NCBI GenBank assembly: GCA_964512315.1
Contig: CAZEIK010000001.1
Coordinates: 20,408-84,407 of the forward strand
Origin: an uncultured Candidatus Saccharibacteria bacterium
GTDB lineage: Bacteria; Patescibacteriota; Minisyncoccia; Phycocordibacterales; UBA5272
Direction of reading: 5' to 3'
Length of the DNA: 64,000 bases
Shown here: positions 59,643 to 64,000 of the stretch, one piece after another
How positions within the stretch are numbered: position 1 is the first letter of the stretch
Layout: every line of letters starts with the position of its first letter
The notes under the pieces: model-generated
What the model was told of the DNA's origin: nothing
Database searches by the model: none
What the model saw: only the letters and a program-made list of their open reading frames with translations
Position numbers and translations under genes: made by a program

Positions 59643-60059
59643 ATGAAAAAAATTATTTCTTCTGTTACCGCTCTTGCTACTGTTGCAGTTGCTTCAGCTC
59701 AAACACAGCTTAATCTTCCTCAGGTTCCTCCTTCTGCTAACGGCGGATCACAAAGTAGTATTGGGCAAACTTTAATTAATATCGTTCTTCAATTCAAACA
59801 GATTTCAACCTTAGTTTACTCATCTCTGTTTGTTGTTGCTTTGATTTTATTCTTCTTCGGTATTTTCCAATACTTAGCACCAGGTAAAAGTGGTGAAGAC
59901 AGAAAGAAAGGTTATGAGTATATGGGCTTCGGTATCTTGGCTCTATTTGTGATGGTTGCTATCTGGGGACTTGTAACATTCATCTCTCAGACTCTTGGGG
60001 TAGGTATCGGTGGAGACATTATGACTCCTGGTGTACCAGTTAACGTTCGTACATATTAA
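59643..60059 (+). CDS. 2-TM hairpin mini-protein with signal peptide
   Basis: signal peptide ...VASAQTQ; core GKSGEDRKKGYEYMGFGILALFVMVAIWGLVTFIS. Confidence 0.5.
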   Translation: MKKIISSVTALATVAVASAQTQLNLPQVPPSANGGSQSSIGQTLINIVLQFKQISTLVYSSLFVVALILFFFGIFQYLAPGKSGEDRKKGYEYMGFGILALFVMVAIWGLVTFISQTLGVGIGGDIMTPGVPVNVRTY

Positions 60060-60071
60060 TTTACTCTAATC

Positions 60072-60407
60072 GTGCTCTCTTCTTTTATACAAGTCGTACA
60101 CGCTCAGGACGACTCAGGTGAGCCTATAGACGGCTTTACCGGTAACTCTGGAGTGGATACAATTTTATCTAAAATATTAACTGATGTAATCAGTCCACTT
60201 CTTGGTCTTGCAACTGTGCTCATGCTCGCATGGTTCATGTATGGAGTAGTCAGATTCATATTACTTAAAGATAAAAGTCCTGAAGAAGCAGATAGGGGCA
60301 AGAAACATTTAGTCTGGGGTGCTATAGGGTTATTTATAGCTACATCACTCTGGGGTATAATGGGATTCTTGGCTGACGTAACAGACTCAAATGTTTGGTT
60401 CAGATAA
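60072..60407 (+). CDS. 2-TM hairpin mini-protein, GTG start, truncated leader
   Basis: core KSPEEADRGKKHLVWGAIGLFIATSLWGIMGFL; reading frame continuous with the stop codon of the previous gene. Confidence 0.4.
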   Translation: MLSSFIQVVHAQDDSGEPIDGFTGNSGVDTILSKILTDVISPLLGLATVLMLAWFMYGVVRFILLKDKSPEEADRGKKHLVWGAIGLFIATSLWGIMGFLADVTDSNVWFR

Positions 60408-60413
60408 ATACTA

Positions 60414-60448
60414 AAAGGCGCCCAAGGCTTTGCCTTGGGCGCCTTTTA
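60414..60448 (+). terminator. rho-independent terminator closing the hairpin-protein array
   Basis: AAAAGGCGCCCAAGGC-TTT-GCCTTGGGCGCCTTTT. Confidence 0.8.
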
Positions 60449-60476
60449 GTATTTTGTGTTATTATATTTTCTATCT

Positions 60477-61916
60477 ATGGCACAAAATAAACAAGTAAAT
60501 ATGGAGGATATTGTATCGCTTTGTAAGCGTCGCGGTTTCATTTTCTCTGGTTCTGAGATATATGGTGGCCTTGCTGGCACATTCGACTATGGTCCAATGG
60601 GAACTCTTCTAAAGAGAAATATTGAAAATGCTTGGTGGAAGCACTTTGTCGAGAATCGTGAAGATATGTATGGTATGGACGCGGATATTTTGATGAATCC
60701 AAAAGCTTGGGAAGCCTCTGGTCACGTCGCAGGATTCTCAGACCCGCTCATTGAGTGTAATAATTGTCATAAAAGATTTAGAACAGATCACATAATAAAT
60801 GAAACCGAGTATCAAACCTATTTTGATAACTTTAAAGATAACCCAGAAGCGCCATGGAAGTTAGAAAACAAATGGTTGGGTATTTTACCAACTACATTTT
60901 TAACACAAAGTAATTTTAAATGTAAAGAGTGTGGTGTTTGTAAGTGGGGTGAGTCTCGTCAATTTAACATGATGTTTAAGACACAGGTTGGTGCGATGGA
61001 GGATAGTAGCTCTACTGTATACTTGCGCCCCGAGACAGCTGGAGGAATGTTTGTAAACTACAAAAATGTTATGGATAGTATACATCCAAAGCTTCCATTT
61101 GGATTAGCCCAAATTGGTAAAGCTTTCCGTAACGAGATAACTCCGAGAGACTTTATATTTAGATTACGTGAACTGTCTCAGATGGAAATAGAGTATTTCG
61201 TAGATCCAAAAACATGGGAAGAAAACTTTGAAGAGTTACGCAAATCTTTCAAGGATTTTATGATTTCGATTGGCATAAGAGAAGAAGGCATACATGAAGT
61301 AGAAATAGGTGATGGCGACAGAGCTCATTATAGTAAACGCACAATTGATTTCGAATTTGATTTCCCTATAGGACAAAAAGAGTTAGCTGGACTCGCTTAT
61401 CGTGGAGACTTTGACCTTAGTTCACATGCTAGTATGAGCGGGGCTAAGCTAGATTATTTAGACGAGTCTACAGGAGAGAAATTCATACCACATGTTATTG
61501 AGCCATCTATTGGAGTTGAGCGCACAGTTCTTGCTGTTCTTGCTAGCGCTTATGAAGAGCAAGACCTGGATGAAGGTGACTCGCGTGTTGTGCTACATCT
61601 AAAACCAAGCATAGCCCCAGTTAAGGTGTGCGTTTCTCCATTGCTTAAGAATAAAGAACAACTTGTCGGCAAAGCTCGTGAAGTGTTTACAACTCTTAAA
61701 AAAGAATTTGGTGCTGTTGTGTATGATGACAATGGTAATATTGGTAAGAGGTACAGAAGACAGGATGAGATAGGCACACCATATTGTGTAGTGGTAGATT
61801 TTGACACAATTGAGACTGATGGATGCGTGGGCGTGCGTGATAGGGACACCATGGAGCAGGCAAGGGTGAAGATTGAAGATTTGAAGTCCTATCTTGCAGA
61901 GAGGCTCAAAATATAG
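60477..61916 (+). CDS. glyQS: glycyl-tRNA synthetase (dimeric alpha2 type)
   Basis: class II motifs, GlyRS-specific insertion with Cys cluster, anticodon-binding domain. Confidence 0.9.
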   Translation: MAQNKQVNMEDIVSLCKRRGFIFSGSEIYGGLAGTFDYGPMGTLLKRNIENAWWKHFVENREDMYGMDADILMNPKAWEASGHVAGFSDPLIECNNCHKRFRTDHIINETEYQTYFDNFKDNPEAPWKLENKWLGILPTTFLTQSNFKCKECGVCKWGESRQFNMMFKTQVGAMEDSSSTVYLRPETAGGMFVNYKNVMDSIHPKLPFGLAQIGKAFRNEITPRDFIFRLRELSQMEIEYFVDPKTWEENFEELRKSFKDFMISIGIREEGIHEVEIGDGDRAHYSKRTIDFEFDFPIGQKELAGLAYRGDFDLSSHASMSGAKLDYLDESTGEKFIPHVIEPSIGVERTVLAVLASAYEEQDLDEGDSRVVLHLKPSIAPVKVCVSPLLKNKEQLVGKAREVFTTLKKEFGAVVYDDNGNIGKRYRRQDEIGTPYCVVVDFDTIETDGCVGVRDRDTMEQARVKIEDLKSYLAERLKI

Positions 61917-61931
61917 TAATATACTAGAACT

Positions 61932-62087
61932 ATGTCACAAGACCGCCTAATCAAAATAACCAACAAAGAATCTGGTCAGGTTATTTACACCACAAAAAAT
62001 AAAAAGAAAGTAACTCGTAAGATTGAGCTTAAGAAATATTCTAAAACTCTTCGCAAGCACGTTGCCTTCAAGGAGTCTAAGAAATAA
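61932..62087 (+). CDS. rpmG: 50S ribosomal protein L33 (51 aa; below the ORF-track length cutoff)
   Basis: translated by eye: MSQDRLIKITNKESGQVIYTTKNKKKVTRKIELKKYSKTLRKHVAFKESKK. Confidence 0.7.
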   Translation: MSQDRLIKITNKESGQVIYTTKNKKKVTRKIELKKYSKTLRKHVAFKESKK

Positions 62088-62102
62088 AGATTTTATAATA
62101 AG

Positions 62103-62130
62103 AAAAACCTTGCGTTAGCAAGGTTTTTCT
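62103..62130 (+). terminator. rho-independent terminator after rpmG
   Basis: AAAAACCTTGC-GTTA-GCAAGGTTTTTCT. Confidence 0.75.
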
Positions 62131-62145
62131 TATCCACAACTAACC

Positions 62146-62174
62146 TTGACTTTTATATATAAAAGTGTTAAGAT
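62146..62174 (+). promoter_or_regulatory. sigma70-like promoter TTGACT-17-TAAGAT
   Basis: immediately upstream of the 62175 ORF. Confidence 0.45.
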
Positions 62175-62615
62175 ATGGATCAGTACAGACCTCAACCACG
62201 AAAGGAGCCGGTTATGGCAAAGCAATACACTGCCACCAAAGGCATTCTTGGGCGGGCAGAAAACAAAATCAAGAGAGTGTATCAGCAAGATTGCGGGTTT
62301 TTTGATTGGAGAGGCCGCGAGACCAGTAATTTGGGCTGCGCTGTTGAGTGCCTTGAATATCTAGTCAAAGCCTTCGAGTCAAAGCTCGCTGAGGGGCATT
62401 CTGAGGAAGATGCGCTTGAGCTTACTTTCTCAGCCTATAACCGAGATGCATTATCTAGGAATGTCTCGCAGAAAAATCGAGATTTGATGCGAGAGGCTAT
62501 GGAGATGGTGATTGCTGAGGCAAAAGAAATCAAAGAGGATTCTGCCTCAACTCGTCGCCACAGAGACACTCGTCCTTGGTGGTTGCAGCAAGAAGACGAT
62601 CGCGTTCCTGGATGA
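62175..62615 (+). CDS. hypothetical protein in a GC-rich block, followed by its own terminator
   Basis: composition contrasts with neighbours; no recognisable motif; lies just 5' of tRNA-Trp. Confidence 0.35.
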   Translation: MDQYRPQPRKEPVMAKQYTATKGILGRAENKIKRVYQQDCGFFDWRGRETSNLGCAVECLEYLVKAFESKLAEGHSEEDALELTFSAYNRDALSRNVSQKNRDLMREAMEMVIAEAKEIKEDSASTRRHRDTRPWWLQQEDDRVPG

Positions 62616-62629
62616 ATAGTGCGCTCATG

Positions 62630-62670
62630 GCGCCCTCTAGCCGAAAGGTTGAGGGCGCTTTCTTTTTCTG
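62630..62670 (+). terminator. rho-independent terminator (GCGCCCTC-loop-GAGGGCGC + T-run)
   Basis: hairpin followed by TTTCTTTTTCT. Confidence 0.7.
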
Positions 62671-62720
62671 TTCAACAACCTATTTTTTTGTTAGAATGCA
62701 ATGGTTAGTAATTCAAATAA

Positions 62721-62791
62721 GGGCCTATCGTACAGTGGTAGTATACCGGTCTCCAAAACCGTTGACCGAGGTTCGAATCCTCGTGGGCCCG
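62721..62791 (+). tRNA. tRNA-Trp (anticodon CCA)
   Basis: acceptor GGGCCTA/TGGGCCC, T-arm CGAGGTTCGAATCCTCG, anticodon loop CTCCAAA; followed by a terminator-like hairpin at 62795-62820. Confidence 0.8.
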
Positions 62792-62899
62792 CAAAAAAAG
62801 TGATAGAGATCACTTTTTGTGAGGATGAGAATATTGGGCCGAGGAGCAACATTTTTATTGAGTTCAAAGAACGAAAAGAAAAGTGTATGCGAGACTGGC

Positions 62900-62921
62900 C
62901 GAATCCTCGTGGGCCCGCAAA
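62900..62921 (+). repeat. exact 22 bp direct repeat of the tRNA-Trp 3' end (CGAATCCTCGTGGGCCCGCAAA), att-like
   Basis: identical to 62774-62795. Confidence 0.85.
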
Positions 62922-62947
62922 TAAGCAATAGAGGAATATGTTTCGTG

Positions 62948-62961
62948 ACCGAATCCTCGCC
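62948..62961 (+). repeat. third, degenerate copy of the tRNA-Trp T-arm/3' segment (GACCGAATCCTCGCC)
   Basis: 11 bp exact match CCGAATCCTCG plus flanking similarity. Confidence 0.6.
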
Positions 62962-63033
62962 GGTTTGTTGATTTAAATAAAGTTTAAGAACAACAAATTA
63001 TTAAAGAATTAATTTTTAAGTTAAAATAGTGAT

Positions 63034-63690
63034 ATGGAGCGTTCACCATCAAATACTACAATAGCTGAAAATAAGATTGAAAAAACTCCGATAAAGGAAG
63101 GGGTTGATTTTGTGTTCGACCAACATCCAGAATTAGCATCGATTGGCACCAAGGAGCAGTATTCTAAATATATTGGAACAATTTTTCCTGATAGCAAATT
63201 TAAGGAGATTGTATACCATAACTCCGACGCTGAATTTAAGAATGACACATTTAAGCCAATGAAGCCAAATTTTGAAACTCTTAACAGTATTGAAGGGGTA
63301 TATAATTTTAGCTCGAATCGTATGTTTATTAGACGTTATGGTGCAAATACTTACGCTGTTGTTTTGGATATTCATAATCCCATAGAAGATTCTTCTTCTG
63401 GAGAATATTCCGACGATATGGATAGGCCTTTGTCTGAAGCGTTGTTTAGAATTGGAAAACAAAAAGATCAAAATCTTTTGGCTCCGGAATACGACGAGAG
63501 CCTAAGAAATTCCGATGCAGTGGTCAATCGTATTTCAGGGGATGGTTATGTAGAAAAGCACCCAAGAACAGGAGAGGAGTGGGGTATTCCTAAGCAAGTA
63601 GTTGTAAGCGTATTTAATCATTATCAAATACACACCCTGGGTTCGTCATCCGACATGCAAAGATTTAAAGAATTTGTAGAAAGAGACTAG
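63034..63690 (+). CDS. hypothetical soluble protein
   Basis: 218 aa ORF immediately downstream of the tRNA-Trp att-like repeats. Confidence 0.4.
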   Translation: MERSPSNTTIAENKIEKTPIKEGVDFVFDQHPELASIGTKEQYSKYIGTIFPDSKFKEIVYHNSDAEFKNDTFKPMKPNFETLNSIEGVYNFSSNRMFIRRYGANTYAVVLDIHNPIEDSSSGEYSDDMDRPLSEALFRIGKQKDQNLLAPEYDESLRNSDAVVNRISGDGYVEKHPRTGEEWGIPKQVVVSVFNHYQIHTLGSSSDMQRFKEFVERD

Positions 63691-63736
63691 TTCGCTAATA
63701 AGTTTTTATTTTAAAATAATACTGTAAACTTAAATT

Positions 63737-64000
63737 ATGTTATATCCAATTATTTCAATAGTTAGCATAGTCTTCCTGGTTATATTTTTCGTTAGCTTTA
63801 TTCCAAAGTTCTTCAAAGAGAACTCTTTGGGTTTTAGATTTGTAATTGCTGTTGCACTCGGCGTTATGCTTGGTATCGCATCTCTACACTTATTGCCCGA
63901 GGTGTATTCTACTGGGGAGGAGGGCGGACTAGCGTTCCTGGGATCATTATTATTCTTTGTAGTATTGCTGTGGCTTACTCACTCGCATGAGCATGGTGAG
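63737..64000 (+). CDS. ZIP-family metal transporter, N-terminal part (continues past window end)
   Basis: TM helices and HSHEHGE metal-binding motif. Confidence 0.5.
   Translation, partial: MLYPIISIVSIVFLVIFFVSFIPKFFKENSLGFRFVIAVALGVMLGIASLHLLPEVYSTGEEGGLAFLGSLLFFVVLLWLTHSHEHGE

Noticed and set aside
62701-62931. 76 aa ORF overlapping tRNA-Trp and the att-like repeats (and its antisense partner 62725-62928)
   Set aside because: The region is fully explained by the tRNA gene, its terminator hairpin and the direct repeats. The ORFs are artefacts of the repeat structure.
1-64000. CRISPR arrays, IS elements, integrases, reverse transcriptases, DGR TR/VR pairs, toxin-antitoxin pairs and rRNA genes
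   Set aside because: No regularly spaced direct repeats, transposase, integrase or RT motifs and no rRNA-like conserved segments were seen on either strand. The similarity between the two pilin-LamG genes is ordinary paralogy with a conserved 5' end, not adenine-specific TR/VR mutagenesis.

Overview
This 64 kb window is an AT-rich, gene-dense stretch of a small bacterial chromosome. The gene content (tight operons, many short membrane proteins, type IV pilin-like adhesins, TGS-less ThrRS) resembles a reduced-genome Patescibacteria/CPR-like organism; that placement is an inference. No rRNA, CRISPR array, transposase, integrase or reverse transcriptase was found. Most of the window is core housekeeping: thrS, htpX-lemA-TPM, pepF, typA, dnaE, rnhB, rpmF, nusB-rnc-tlyA, secA, murF, trxB, ftsZ-ftsA-ybeY-rpsU, hisS, lepB, pth, rpsA, gyrA, glyQS, rpmG, and four tRNAs (Glu-CTC, Ser-GCT, Glu-TTC, Trp-CCA). 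Four accessory-looking blocks stand out. (1) 54.9-60.4 kb: a type IV pilin-LamG gene whose 5' cassette and promoter, including an (AT)n tract, are duplicated 11.8 kb upstream. It heads a tightly packed, apparently co-transcribed locus with a SAM-methyltransferase, a solute-binding-like lipo/anchored protein, and six tandem paralogous 2-TM hairpin mini-proteins with a conserved DAKN-x-L-x-W ... WG-[LI]-[VI]-TF core and variable tails; two tails share a Cys4 knot. This is my best candidate for an undescribed surface-appendage/pilus-like system. (2) 29.6-35.5 kb: a phosphoketolase-acetate kinase operon that continues into an alternative-oxidase (AOX/PTOX)-like diiron oxidase, followed by a His-rich membrane protein and a membrane-anchored cytochrome b5-domain protein, a possible O2-scavenging module attached to fermentation genes. 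(3) 12.8-18.1 kb: ArsR / NrdD-NrdG-FNR-like flavoprotein / membrane-anchored NirK. (4) tRNA-Trp followed by two further copies of its 3' end (att-like scars) and GC-rich flanking ORFs. A candidate ~90 nt small RNA or leader with a consensus promoter and terminator lies upstream of an MBL-fold gene. All coordinates are read by eye from the sequence and ORF track; every homology call is based on motif recognition, not a database search.
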